A stretch of DNA of 51,296 nucleotides from Nemertoderma westbladi (lineage: Eukaryota; Animalia; Xenacoelomorpha). Numbering within the stretch: position 1 is the stretch's first letter; each line of letters starts with the position of its first letter. Under the pieces are notes generated by a model. That model searched no databases and was not told the origin of the DNA. It worked only from the letters and a program-made list of their open reading frames with translations. The translations under genes were made by a program, and so were the position numbers. The stretch lies in contig JAUCBJ010000889.1 in assembly GCA_032718475.1 (NCBI GenBank), positions 1 to 51,296 of the forward strand, written 5' to 3'. Shown here piece after piece: positions 27,538-37,043 of this stretch.

Positions 27538-27671
27538 AACGCATCGTAGGGGTACAACGCTTTGAACTCCGCGCGTAACTCCTCCGCTGTTTTGTTATAA
27601 GCGTCCAATCGCTGTCGCGTGACGTTTGGATCCGCCTTGGATTTAGCAAGCTTGGCTGTACTCCTAGCCAT
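27420..27671 (-). CDS. Putative accessory ORF A (83 aa, MARSTAKLAK...; C-x5-C-x9-C-x2-H)
   Basis: ATG at 27671 in strong context (AGTATGG), ~100 nt downstream of a branchpoint/polypyrimidine/AG acceptor (27795-27767). No homology recognised. Confidence 0.4.
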   Translation of the reverse strand: MARSTAKLAKSKADPNVTRQRLDAYNKTAEELRAEFKALYPYDALCDASDVCENPELILARCPNHQSLRYQEGGRFISRRPLS

Positions 27672-28466
27672 ACTCTCCACTCCAAACAGGTTAAAGTTTT
27701 GGCCCCATATCGGTTGAACGGCGCCTGGTGCTCCTATTCCTGCGTGGATCTTTGATAATAGTGTTTCTACTAGAGGAAGCACAAACAGAGGTTAGATGTG
27801 AGGTGACTTAGAGTTTGTCGGCTTTTGGCTCAACTCTGCTCTAAACCCCAACCCATTTTGCCTAATGACTTCGGGTTCGCGTGATTTCGCACTGGCTCCT
27901 AATCCAAAAAATTGTGCCGATAAAAAACGAATTCCGGGTAAACTAGCCGCGAGTCTAAAATACTCACCTTTTAATTTCCCATACTACGTTTCCCAAGAAA
28001 ATAAGTCAGTCGAGAATTAATTGGTCAAAATAATAGTAGACACGACTACGCAGAATAAGACCGATTTTCTTTTCAAAAAAAAAAAATTTATTTATCGGTA
28101 GGCTCGCAAGCCTTCCATCCGCTCTTGTCCTCCCCAATTTTAATTTTATCTAGCTGTATTCTAGAATTTGCTTTCACTGGAGAATCGTTTTTCTTAAATT
28201 TAAATCCAACTAAATGGATTTGTCTAATAATTTTGAAAATTGTCTCACTTGTGGGTTCCAAGTGGAATTCCATTCCTACTGTACACACAATCCCGCTCCT
28301 ATGTGATACATAAGGGTACTACCCTCCATGTTCACGTATAAAGACAATGGAATTCCACCGCTGTCTCTATCTACAGTGAAGAGGATTACAAATGCACGTA
28401 CAGTAATACAAATACAAATAACTAAAATACAGTAGGTCTATGTGGCGGCCAACAAAGGTCCCACAT

Positions 28467-30494
28467 CTATTTACTAATATTGGGTGGAGATTTGTAGTCT
28501 CCCGTCTCGTTTCTAGTCTCCTCAAGGAGTACGAGACGTTGTACAGGTCTATCTACGGTACGTCCGTCGATAGTCCGTACAGTAACTGTTCTCACTATAC
28601 CAGATGTAGGGTGCGTGGTCAAAATGACTCCAGTCAGCCAAAACCGTCTTCTCAGATTAGCTTCGGCCAATAAAACATGGTCACCACGCCTTAAACACCG
28701 GGTATTTAGATACCAGGAAGTTCTGGTTGAAATAGAGGGCAAATAATATTTCTGCCATATTTCCCAGAATTTATTTGCAAGCAATTGAGTGATTTTCCAA
28801 GCCTTGTTGCCGTATCCGTCACTATCAACGGGTACCGAAATGGGCAACAATGTCGTCGGCGCCTGCATAAGCAGGTGCGCTGGTGTCAAGGCAAACTGTA
28901 CGTCGTTATTGTCTGGGATCAAAGCGATCGGTCTGGTATTTAAGATTGCTTCGATTTCTATTAGTAACGTCGTCAGTTGGTCGTCTGTCAAGATGTGTTG
29001 CGTCGGTACGACTTTAGCCATAGCAGTCTTTATTGAGCCAATCAGCCTTTCCCAAACGCCGCCTCTCCACGGACTGTCTGGAGTATTGAAAAACCAAACA
29101 ATACGGTGAGGACGTAGTTCCTCGGAAATCTGGTTTTGGTCCAATTTTCTCAAAGCTCTGGTTATCTCGTTCCGTGCACCCACAAAGTTTGTCCCTTGGT
29201 CGCAGTATATGGATTTGACCAATCCACGTCTAGCGATAAATCGCCGTAAGGCTAGGATAAAGGCATTGGTGGACAAGTCTGTCACTCGCTCTATATGGAC
29301 AGCTCTGCTGGCCATGCAGGTGAAGATCAATCCCCAACGTTTTACCTGTACCCTTCCGCGTTTCGCGATTATGGGTCCAAAACAGTCTATCCCTGTCTCA
29401 GTGAAAGGGGGTCTAAACGCCTGTAATCTTGCTAGTGGTAGTTCACTCATTTCTTGGTGTCCTATCCTCGCGTGCACCTTCTTACAAATAATACAGTTCC
29501 GTGTTACTGAACTCAGTGCCTTACTAGGTCTAATCAGTACAAACCTTGAGCGTAAGTGTGATAGACAGTGGTGTCTACCTACGTGTTTGAGTTGTACATG
29601 TGCGTCCAGTATCATAGCGCGCTGTAACTCATGGTGTTGCGGTATGATGATAGGATACCTAAAGTCAAGTGCAAAGTCGATGTTTTGGAGTCTGGACTTG
29701 TGACAAAGTAAGCCCCGGTAAATAATCGGACTCCAACTCAAAATCGGTGAAGACTTAATCTGTTTACCTTGTTTGATCGCTGTGAACTCTCGTGCGAAAT
29801 ATCGCAATTGATAATGTCGAATGATATCAACTTCACAGTGGCCAATTTCCTTTAAGGTAAGTCTTCTAGGAAAGTCGCGTTTGCCTCTGGCATATTGTCT
29901 CAATCGTTTGAGCCATGCTAACTTGCGGCATGCGTCAGTCCATGATCTAGTTAGGTTCACTATCCTGTCTACGTAAGTGTTAGTGACGTCATCGGGTAAG
30001 GTGTAGTCGTAGTGTGGATACTTGTCTGGACTTGGTAGGCCCACGGGCCTTCCGGTAGGTTTGTCTGAGTCCCCAAGTACGTCAATCTCTACTGTCTTAC
30101 CTTCGCCGTCCGCACCTAATGTGTCGACTGGCAGTAATGGTTTCAACTCTACAGTGTCAGTGTGTTCCTGTGAGCCTGTAAGCTTCCTAACCTTAGTCAC
30201 CACTTTACCTGTAGGTAAGTCAAGTACCTTCTTCGAGCGGAGTGTAATCCCTGTGGCCACCACTCTGTCGTCCAAAGAAGTCAAATTTGGTACGTCTCTA
30301 AATGTCCGCTCCAATGGGTCTTCTAATGGAGTGTCTAGTAGACAGTCTGGTGAAGCGTCTGGTGAACAGTCTGGTGAGACGTCTGGTGAGACATAGCGCG
30401 GAACATCCGGCAAAATGTCCTGTCGTCGGTCCCAAAGTCTGTCTAGCGTAACTTCTGTCAGAAAGTCTGGTTCAAAGTCTGGTGGACAGTCGGT
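28467..30494 (-). CDS. pol: Pol C-terminal part: linker + integrase (HHCC, DDE, BEL C-terminal domain)
   Basis: H-VQLK-H...CIIC, TGIDCFGP, YCDQGTNF, GGVWERL, LNTRPI, GDHVLL..W..G.I..G.VR.V.VRT..RPVQRL. In frame with the upstream ORF across one TAG (30495-30497). Confidence 0.93.
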   Translation of the reverse strand, partial: TDCPPDFEPDFLTEVTLDRLWDRRQDILPDVPRYVSPDVSPDCSPDASPDCLLDTPLEDPLERTFRDVPNLTSLDDRVVATGITLRSKKVLDLPTGKVVTKVRKLTGSQEHTDTVELKPLLPVDTLGADGEGKTVEIDVLGDSDKPTGRPVGLPSPDKYPHYDYTLPDDVTNTYVDRIVNLTRSWTDACRKLAWLKRLRQYARGKRDFPRRLTLKEIGHCEVDIIRHYQLRYFAREFTAIKQGKQIKSSPILSWSPIIYRGLLCHKSRLQNIDFALDFRYPIIIPQHHELQRAMILDAHVQLKHVGRHHCLSHLRSRFVLIRPSKALSSVTRNCIICKKVHARIGHQEMSELPLARLQAFRPPFTETGIDCFGPIIAKRGRVQVKRWGLIFTCMASRAVHIERVTDLSTNAFILALRRFIARRGLVKSIYCDQGTNFVGARNEITRALRKLDQNQISEELRPHRIVWFFNTPDSPWRGGVWERLIGSIKTAMAKVVPTQHILTDDQLTTLLIEIEAILNTRPIALIPDNNDVQFALTPAHLLMQAPTTLLPISVPVDSDGYGNKAWKITQLLANKFWEIWQKYYLPSISTRTSWYLNTRCLRRGDHVLLAEANLRRRFWLTGVILTTHPTSGIVRTVTVRTIDGRTVDRPVQRLVLLEETRNETGDYKSPPNISK

Positions 30495-30745
30495 CTAGAT
30501 GTCTGGTGAACAGTCTGGTGAGACGTCCGGTAGACATTCTGTCGAGAGTTCCATCAAACAATCTGGCGAACAATCCGGAGAACAATCTGGTGTCTCTTCT
30601 GGTGAATAGTCTGGCGAGTAATCTGGTGAACAATCCGGCGAAACGTCTGGTGAAATCTCCCGCGGAACATCCGGCGAAGGATTCATACAAGCGTCTGGTC
30701 GAGTGTCTGGCGAGACGTCTGGCGTAATGTCAGGTCTGGCGTCCA
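30330..30745 (-). repeat. Degenerate 12-bp tandem repeat encoding (S/T)PD-x within the RNase H-integrase linker
   Basis: SPDVSPDCSPDYSPDYSPEETPDCSPDCSPD...; + strand tctggtga/tctggcga recurs with 12-nt period. Confidence 0.85.
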
Positions 30746-32159
30746 GGTCATCAGATTTCGTCCGTCCTTTTTTCCTTTTGACCTTGGCGTTGGCTTTCGC
30801 TTTAGACTTGACAACCTTGTCGAGTTTTATCTCGGCACCCTCTGGTATGGTGTTGGTTGTCGCGTCCAATAACGGTGGCCATTCGTCTGATGGTCGCTGT
30901 AGGAAATCGGGTCCTCTAAACCAAAAGGATTTATTGTCCGGTTTACAAAAGTCGAGTGGTTGCATCCCCCGTGACGCGATGTCAGCTGGGTTCAGCTTCC
31001 CTGGACAGTGACGCCAATCTTGTTTGAGCGACCGGTCTAGTATTTCAGCCCGTCTGTTGGCTACGAAAGTCTTGAACTCAAATGTTTCGTTGTTTATGTA
31101 CCAAAGTACCAACGTCGCATCCGTCCAATATGTGACCTTCAAGTTAGCCTCCAGCTCGCGTTGAACTAGACTGACAATATCGGTGGATATCGTCCCGGCT
31201 TGCAGCTCCCCACGAGGTACAGTCATATACTTCAATGGCATTGTTCTAGCCCTTGAAGTAACGAGAGATACATCGTAGCTGTCCGATGTCACTTGTCGTC
31301 TAAGGTATAAAGTAACCCCCAATCCATCCTTGCTAGCGTCACTAAAGCTGTGAAGCTCTAAATCAGCAGGAAAGGTGGTTTGCAAAGGAAAGTATACCCT
31401 TGGTATGGTATAGTCTTGTAGGAACGTCAGTTGGGCTTCCCAGTCCCTCCATCGCTCAGCTAACTTTTCTGGGATGGGATCGTCCCATTCCAGTCCGGCT
31501 TGCCAAATGCTGCGGAGTATGATCCTGGCATGTAGGATCACTGGACTAATGAAACACAACGGGTCATACAATCGACTCATGGTCGATAAGCAAGTCCTCT
31601 TAGTGAGAGGTCTAGTCTGGTCGTTGGACCTTACACGTACCCTAAAATTGTCGGTGTTAGGGTCCCAACTAAGTCCTAGTACTTTGGTCGTCGGCAGAGG
31701 TTCTAGGTCTAAGTCCAAGTCACCTCCACTGCGATCCATCGGGTCAAATGAGTTCACCAGTTCGGGTTCGTTGGAAGCGAACTTCGTCAGGTGAAATCCG
31801 CCCTCAGCGAGACAATCCTGGAGTTGGTGTGCTACGGTTGTAGCGCGCTCCAAGGTGTCACAACTCTTGAGGCCGTCATCCACGTAGAAGTCTCGTTCCA
31901 CGGTCCGAACTACTTCTGGGTCAAATTGGTCTCGTCTGTCCAATGCTGTCTGCTTCAATGCGTACATGGTGCAGTTGGGGCTGTCCCTGGCTCCGAATAC
32001 TCTTACCTGCATTTGGTAAGTTTCTGGCGGAAGTTGTAAGTTTCCGTCCGGATACCAAAGAAACCTCAAACTGTCCCTGTCCCGCTCCAAAGCCTTAACC
32101 TGGTGAAACATGGCCTCTACGTCACAGGTGAAAGCCACTTTGCGTTGTCTAAAACGCAT
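30495..32159 (-). CDS. pol: Pol middle part: reverse transcriptase + RNase H + SPD-repeat linker
   Basis: RFRQ..VAFTCDVEAMFHQV, VFGARDSP, FYVDD, LGLSWD, LYDPL, LHSFSDAS, PRGEL, YWTDA, NPADIASRG. Confidence 0.95.
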   Translation of the reverse strand: MRFRQRKVAFTCDVEAMFHQVKALERDRDSLRFLWYPDGNLQLPPETYQMQVRVFGARDSPNCTMYALKQTALDRRDQFDPEVVRTVERDFYVDDGLKSCDTLERATTVAHQLQDCLAEGGFHLTKFASNEPELVNSFDPMDRSGGDLDLDLEPLPTTKVLGLSWDPNTDNFRVRVRSNDQTRPLTKRTCLSTMSRLYDPLCFISPVILHARIILRSIWQAGLEWDDPIPEKLAERWRDWEAQLTFLQDYTIPRVYFPLQTTFPADLELHSFSDASKDGLGVTLYLRRQVTSDSYDVSLVTSRARTMPLKYMTVPRGELQAGTISTDIVSLVQRELEANLKVTYWTDATLVLWYINNETFEFKTFVANRRAEILDRSLKQDWRHCPGKLNPADIASRGMQPLDFCKPDNKSFWFRGPDFLQRPSDEWPPLLDATTNTIPEGAEIKLDKVVKSKAKANAKVKRKKGRTKSDDLDARPDITPDVSPDTRPDACMNPSPDVPREISPDVSPDCSPDYSPDYSPEETPDCSPDCSPDCLMELSTECLPDVSPDCSPDI

Positions 32160-35100
32160 TAGACTCCCATGAGGTAATTATTCATATTCGGCCCGTCCAT
32201 CAGTTCGCTGTTCATAGACATCCCTTGGTAAAGTGCAGCGCAGTCGTTGACTACACGCACCTTGCCAGGTTTGTCCGGGTGTCGAACAAAATGATGTGGC
32301 AGGTAATATGTCTGGTCTGTGGTTACCTCAGGATTTAACATCCTAATGGCGTATCCCTTTTGGAGATACATCTGAAGTTGTGCATTGTATTGCATATGGG
32401 CCGTCTCGTCTCGCAACAATCGCTGCCTTATTGATTTGAGTCGCCTCAAAGCAAGCGGGTAATTGTTAACGAGCTTAGGTTGTCCATCGCGCCACAACAT
32501 ACCAACCTCATAGTGGCCATTCGCGGTCTGGCGAATGGTATCTCTCATAATATTTAATGACCGTTTTTCCTGTTCTGACATAGCGGTCTCGTAACTACCG
32601 GGTTCTGCTGAGTCCTGTTCCAACCATTGAATGGTCCGTTCAGTCAGCAGTCGGTCAAGCGCTGCTTGCACTGCGCCATGGTCCTCGTCCACGTCTTCGT
32701 CCGCTGCGGTGGCTAGTGTCAATGTGTCTGGTAGGCTTGCAAGCCTTCCGGTGTCACTAGTCGGCGTCGAATCGTCGTGCGGCGGTTTGACAACCTCTTG
32801 ATCTATCGGTAGGCTCGCAAGCCTTCCAAGATCAACGACCGGTGTCGAAGCCTGGTGGGTGGGGTCAATGACCTTCGGATTTTTCGGTAGGCTCGCAAGC
32901 CTTCCAAAATCCTCGTTCATCGAGTCATCCACAGCAACAACCCTCAGGTCTTCAGTAGTCAATACAACCTGGTCTACTGCAAGTAGTTGTAAGTCAGAGG
33001 TCCGTATGGTCGTGTCCAGATCGGTTACGTCAGTATCGGTGGCGTCTGCGTTAGTGACGCAAGTCTGTCGTAGTGCCGTCCGTACAATTGGACCACGGGA
33101 GTGTGAAGGAGAATTATCTATCGTGTTAGTCAATAAACTACACGTACTCAAAACGTCGTCCTCCTGGTCACTTACCTCTAGTGAACGTATTGGTGCTCTA
33201 GTATACCAACCTATGGGAGTTCTACATGCGTAGGGGTTGCCCGCTGTAATAACAGATGGGCGTGTCTCCCATACCTGATGTAAGTTAAACTGGTCTGTCC
33301 CAATTAACATCGCAATGGAACGATAATTGACAGGACATTCCGGTATTCCAAGGTGTCGGAAATACTTACGATCTTCCGGTGATTGCTCTGGCACAGGGCC
33401 GAGCAAGTTACTAAAGTCCTTCGTAGCTGCAAAGGTCAAATTTCTTACCGGAAGTAATGAGCGCTCCTCCTTGCTGTGTTCCGCTTTGGAAAGAAGAGTG
33501 TCTAAAGTTAGTTTTACTCTCGTCACAGGAATCGCTCTCTTACCATGCATGCTGCTTACAGTATACTGAGCAGTCTTACCTTGACTCAAGTCCGTAACTA
33601 CGTCGGCTACTTGTTCGTCGACATAGCTATGCGATGACGCAGAGTCTAAGATGGCGTATATACGCTTGCTCCCTCGGGTTCCGGTAATCTTTATAGGAAT
33701 CACGCTAAACCCTTTCAATTGGTTCTGTGTGAGGAGCGTTATCGATGGCTGTTCCTCACCTGCATGCACGTAGAAAGTGTCGTCTTCCTCCTCGTCCTCG
33801 TCCGATGATCCTGACTGATCCATACAGTCGGTATAAAAGGTACGGATCTCGCGCGGCGCACGCTCCTTATAAAGCGCGTCGCATCTAGCCGCTTTATCGG
33901 GATGCTCTCGTCGAAAGCGTCTGGTCGGAGTATGACTGGTTGTGTGAAGCAACGCGTCATGGTTACGTCCACACAGAGAACATGTATCATCGCTCGGGCA
34001 ATCCTTCCGGACGTGTCCTGGCTTCATACATCTCCAACAGGAATCTAGAGATCGGATTTGGAGTCTCCTTTCCTCGATCCCTAACTCTTTAAAAGCGCGA
34101 CATCCACGTAGTTTATGTCCGCTATGGTTTCTGCCGTTCCGCTCGCAGTATGAGCATCCCACAAAGTCCGCCGGCAACTGTTGTCGTGGCTGCGTGGTGC
34201 CGATAGGCGTCAGAACTTTAGAAGTCTCAGTAGGGGTGGCGTAAGTAACGGCTTTCGCGTTCGTCGGAAATGGTTTAGTCCGATTTGGCGCAGAAACAGT
34301 TATCCCTTCCGCCGCGATATGGTGATCGGTATAGTTCGATCGAGTCTCGATCACGGCCTCCCGTGAAATAAGTTGATAGACATCGGTGAGTTTTAATAAC
34401 CCTCCGGCCTCTTCGCGCTGGTACTCGATGCGTCGCCATTCTCTTCGTAGTCGATGATGAAGTCGACCGATTATTCGAATGAGAACCGTCGGTGCGTTAG
34501 CGTACTCGAGTTGTCCAATGGACCGTAAAGTCCCTATAGCGTTCTTTATTTCGTCCGCGAGTCGTAAAAGGTCGATCGGTCTCGAAATGTTGCCTCCTCT
34601 GCAGAGGTCTTCTATAATGGATTTAGCCATGGCGACATTACCTCCGTAAATCGAATATAAACGGTCGTACGCCAACTCAAAGGCATCGGGAACACCAATA
34701 AAGGTTTCCGCTAATCGTTTCGGCTCACCAGACAGGACTTGGAGCAAGTAGTTAAACTTCTCCGTCGAGGTGAAAGCACACTTAGCGATCTGGGACTCTA
34801 CGTAGTCTACCAGTGTGCGCCAGTGTTTCGCGTTGCCAGAGAACTTCGGCGGTTGCTGTGCCGGTAATCCGTGTCTAGCCGCGAATTTCGCAATCTCGCT
34901 AACCAAATCCAACTGTCCGCGTCCCTGTTCGGCGGCGTCGTCCAGTCGCTCCCTTCCGCGCGTTGTTCGTCGGTAGGAATTATTAACGGGATCTTCTTCT
35001 CGATGTGTCGGAGTCCGTCTAGTCTCCTGTTCTCTCCTCGGTGGTCGATGTTGTCTAGTTTGTTCCAACTCCACGCTGGTTCGTGATCGATCCGACGGTT

Positions 35101-37042
35101 GCGCTTCGAGTCGCTCTTCTATCTGAGCTAGTCGGTCCGCTACAGGTCGCATTATTTCGGCGAGTCTGTTGGTGCTGATCGCTTCCGCTGGTTGCAACGT
35201 GGGTTTCTGTTGGGGTGTTTCTCGAGGTGGATTGTCGATGTAGGGATTCGTCGATCTCTCCTCTCGTTTGTAATCCGCTGCCGCTGCCGCTCCAATACGG
35301 AATATTTCCCGTTCCGTCGACTCCGAGTCACTGGATGAATCGCTGTCGTCCGGATAAGGTGGTTGGCGGGTTCGCGTCCGGCGTATTATTCTTGGTCGAG
35401 TTCGTCGTGGTCTGGGATCTACGGCTCCTCGTTGTTCGGTAGGCTCGCAAGCCTTCCACGAAGTTGTAGGTCTCGTTAAACATTGGGTGAGAGGTCTAGT
35501 AAAAACATCGGAGTTAAGCTCTACTGTAGGTTTATAAATGACTGGGTTCGCGCAGCACGTCACAGGTTTAACTTGTAATGGTTTACTTACCTGTTTTACC
35601 GTCATAAACGCAGGTTCGTCTCTCTCTACAAGTAAACTACGGCTTACAGTTGGTGGACTACTTATCTTACCTGCGAGAATCGGCGATGAAGTCGCCCTAG
35701 GTTGCGGTATTTCCGTCACAACAAACCTGCTACCTTGCGTCGGGCGCACAGGCGTTATTTCCTTAGGTTTCGTAACAAAGACCGGTTTTGTCGGAGTCGT
35801 GGGTTTGAGCATAGGAATAACTTGGGGAAAACGTTTACAGTAATCCTCGACGAACTCCTCTCCTCGATCTATCGCTCCCACACTTCCTTCCTCGATTCGC
35901 TTCTGAATTCTGCGATATCGAGTCTCCATGCGATCCAGGGCAGACAAGTCGTGTCCAGCTCGAGACCTTATAGATCTATCTCTCGCGTCGAGTTCGAGGT
36001 CCTCTTGCGCGTTGGCCGCCTCGCGCGATCTGCGATTTAATTCGAACTGGAGCTGCATCTCTCTTTCGCGTCGATCTGCATCCTGTTGTTGTGCCGCTAA
36101 CTCCGCTTCCTGTATAGCTAATCGAGCGTTTATTTGTCGCGCCTCCAACTTGGCCCGAGCGTCGGATGCTGCCTTTTTCCGTGCTAACTCGTCAGCTGCC
36201 GCCTGTCGTGCTAACTCGTCAGCTGCCGCCTGTCGTGCTAACACGTCAGCTGCCGCCTGTCGTGCTAACTCGTCGGCTGCCGCTTCTCGCGCTAAGTCCT
36301 CCTCCAGTCTCCGCATCTCTGATGCTTCGAACTCAGCCTGCGCTTGAAGTTTCGCAAGTTTCGCTACGTCTTCTCTACGCTGTCTTTCTCCTTCCATCGC
36401 AATCTGCGCCAATTGTCGTTGAGTTTCTTCCTCAGCGACTTGTTGTCGGCGTGCGACCTCCTGTTGTTGTCGAATAATTCCAGACGCTGTTCTACTAACG
36501 TCGCCAACGTCGCCAACGTCGCTCCGTACGCTAACGAACGATCTATCCAGTGGTGGAATTTGGTAGGCTCGCGAGCCTTCCGTAGATAGAACTTCCGTCA
36601 TCCCTCTCGGTACAACTTCCGGTTCTTCGATCGGTACTCCGCATCTACGAAGAAAATTGGTGAGCGTCTCCAACCTCCCGTCCAGGCAGTAGAGTTCTTC
36701 TTCCTCTTCGGGTTGTAACAAGGCGTCCGAAACTGACTCACCTAGCAGTTGGTCGAACTGCTCCTGTTGAGCCAATCTTATCACCGACTTAAACTGGATA
36801 AGGCTTTCTCTCGCACTTACCAACTTGTCTATTATCTTTACCTGAGTAAAGTTATCGCCACGCAACTCTGCAAGTTCGTGTAAACCTTTAAGTTTATCTA
36901 CGGAGGCATGTACCCTACTTTCTATCCTTACCTGTAAGGTGTAGAACTCATATCTCGACATCGGGGCGGTTAACTCGCGTAAAACGCGAAAACCTTCTCC
37001 GAGGTTCCGAGTAATCTGTACTATACATATATATATATACAT
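32159..37042 (-). CDS. gag-pol: Gag - aspartic protease - RT N-terminus; start codon uncertain; frameshifted relative to the rest of pol
   Basis: Coiled-coil N-terminus with ~4 ELARQAAAD repeats, PPKFSGN capsid motif, BEL triple knuckle (CSYC..H..C, CWRC..H..C, CSLC..H..H), protease AILDSAS...MLIGTD, RT start YYLPHHFV..KPGKVRVV.DC..MNSELMDGP. Confidence 0.93.
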   Translation of the reverse strand: MYIYICIVQITRNLGEGFRVLRELTAPMSRYEFYTLQVRIESRVHASVDKLKGLHELAELRGDNFTQVKIIDKLVSARESLIQFKSVIRLAQQEQFDQLLGESVSDALLQPEEEEELYCLDGRLETLTNFLRRCGVPIEEPEVVPRGMTEVLSTEGSRAYQIPPLDRSFVSVRSDVGDVGDVSRTASGIIRQQQEVARRQQVAEEETQRQLAQIAMEGERQRREDVAKLAKLQAQAEFEASEMRRLEEDLAREAAADELARQAAADVLARQAAADELARQAAADELARKKAASDARAKLEARQINARLAIQEAELAAQQQDADRREREMQLQFELNRRSREAANAQEDLELDARDRSIRSRAGHDLSALDRMETRYRRIQKRIEEGSVGAIDRGEEFVEDYCKRFPQVIPMLKPTTPTKPVFVTKPKEITPVRPTQGSRFVVTEIPQPRATSSPILAGKISSPPTVSRSLLVERDEPAFMTVKQVSKPLQVKPVTCCANPVIYKPTVELNSDVFTRPLTQCLTRPTTSWKACEPTEQRGAVDPRPRRTRPRIIRRTRTRQPPYPDDSDSSSDSESTEREIFRIGAAAAADYKREERSTNPYIDNPPRETPQQKPTLQPAEAISTNRLAEIMRPVADRLAQIEERLEAQPSDRSRTSVELEQTRQHRPPRREQETRRTPTHREEDPVNNSYRRTTRGRERLDDAAEQGRGQLDLVSEIAKFAARHGLPAQQPPKFSGNAKHWRTLVDYVESQIAKCAFTSTEKFNYLLQVLSGEPKRLAETFIGVPDAFELAYDRLYSIYGGNVAMAKSIIEDLCRGGNISRPIDLLRLADEIKNAIGTLRSIGQLEYANAPTVLIRIIGRLHHRLRREWRRIEYQREEAGGLLKLTDVYQLISREAVIETRSNYTDHHIAAEGITVSAPNRTKPFPTNAKAVTYATPTETSKVLTPIGTTQPRQQLPADFVGCSYCERNGRNHSGHKLRGCRAFKELGIEERRLQIRSLDSCWRCMKPGHVRKDCPSDDTCSLCGRNHDALLHTTSHTPTRRFRREHPDKAARCDALYKERAPREIRTFYTDCMDQSGSSDEDEEEDDTFYVHAGEEQPSITLLTQNQLKGFSVIPIKITGTRGSKRIYAILDSASSHSYVDEQVADVVTDLSQGKTAQYTVSSMHGKRAIPVTRVKLTLDTLLSKAEHSKEERSLLPVRNLTFAATKDFSNLLGPVPEQSPEDRKYFRHLGIPECPVNYRSIAMLIGTDQFNLHQVWETRPSVITAGNPYACRTPIGWYTRAPIRSLEVSDQEDDVLSTCSLLTNTIDNSPSHSRGPIVRTALRQTCVTNADATDTDVTDLDTTIRTSDLQLLAVDQVVLTTEDLRVVAVDDSMNEDFGRLASLPKNPKVIDPTHQASTPVVDLGRLASLPIDQEVVKPPHDDSTPTSDTGRLASLPDTLTLATAADEDVDEDHGAVQAALDRLLTERTIQWLEQDSAEPGSYETAMSEQEKRSLNIMRDTIRQTANGHYEVGMLWRDGQPKLVNNYPLALRRLKSIRQRLLRDETAHMQYNAQLQMYLQKGYAIRMLNPEVTTDQTYYLPHHFVRHPDKPGKVRVVNDCAALYQGMSMNSELMDGPNMNNYLMGV

Positions 37043-37043
37043 A

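Noticed and set aside
8743-30497. Alternative genetic code (TAA/TAG reassigned) to explain isolated in-frame stops
   Set aside because: Long ORFs (Gag, integrase, the Roc exon) contain no internal TAA/TAG, and integrase and the RTE ORF end at TAG/TAA at plausible C-termini.
28789-36589. + strand ORFs overlapping gag-pol
   Set aside because: Short antisense shadows with no motifs.
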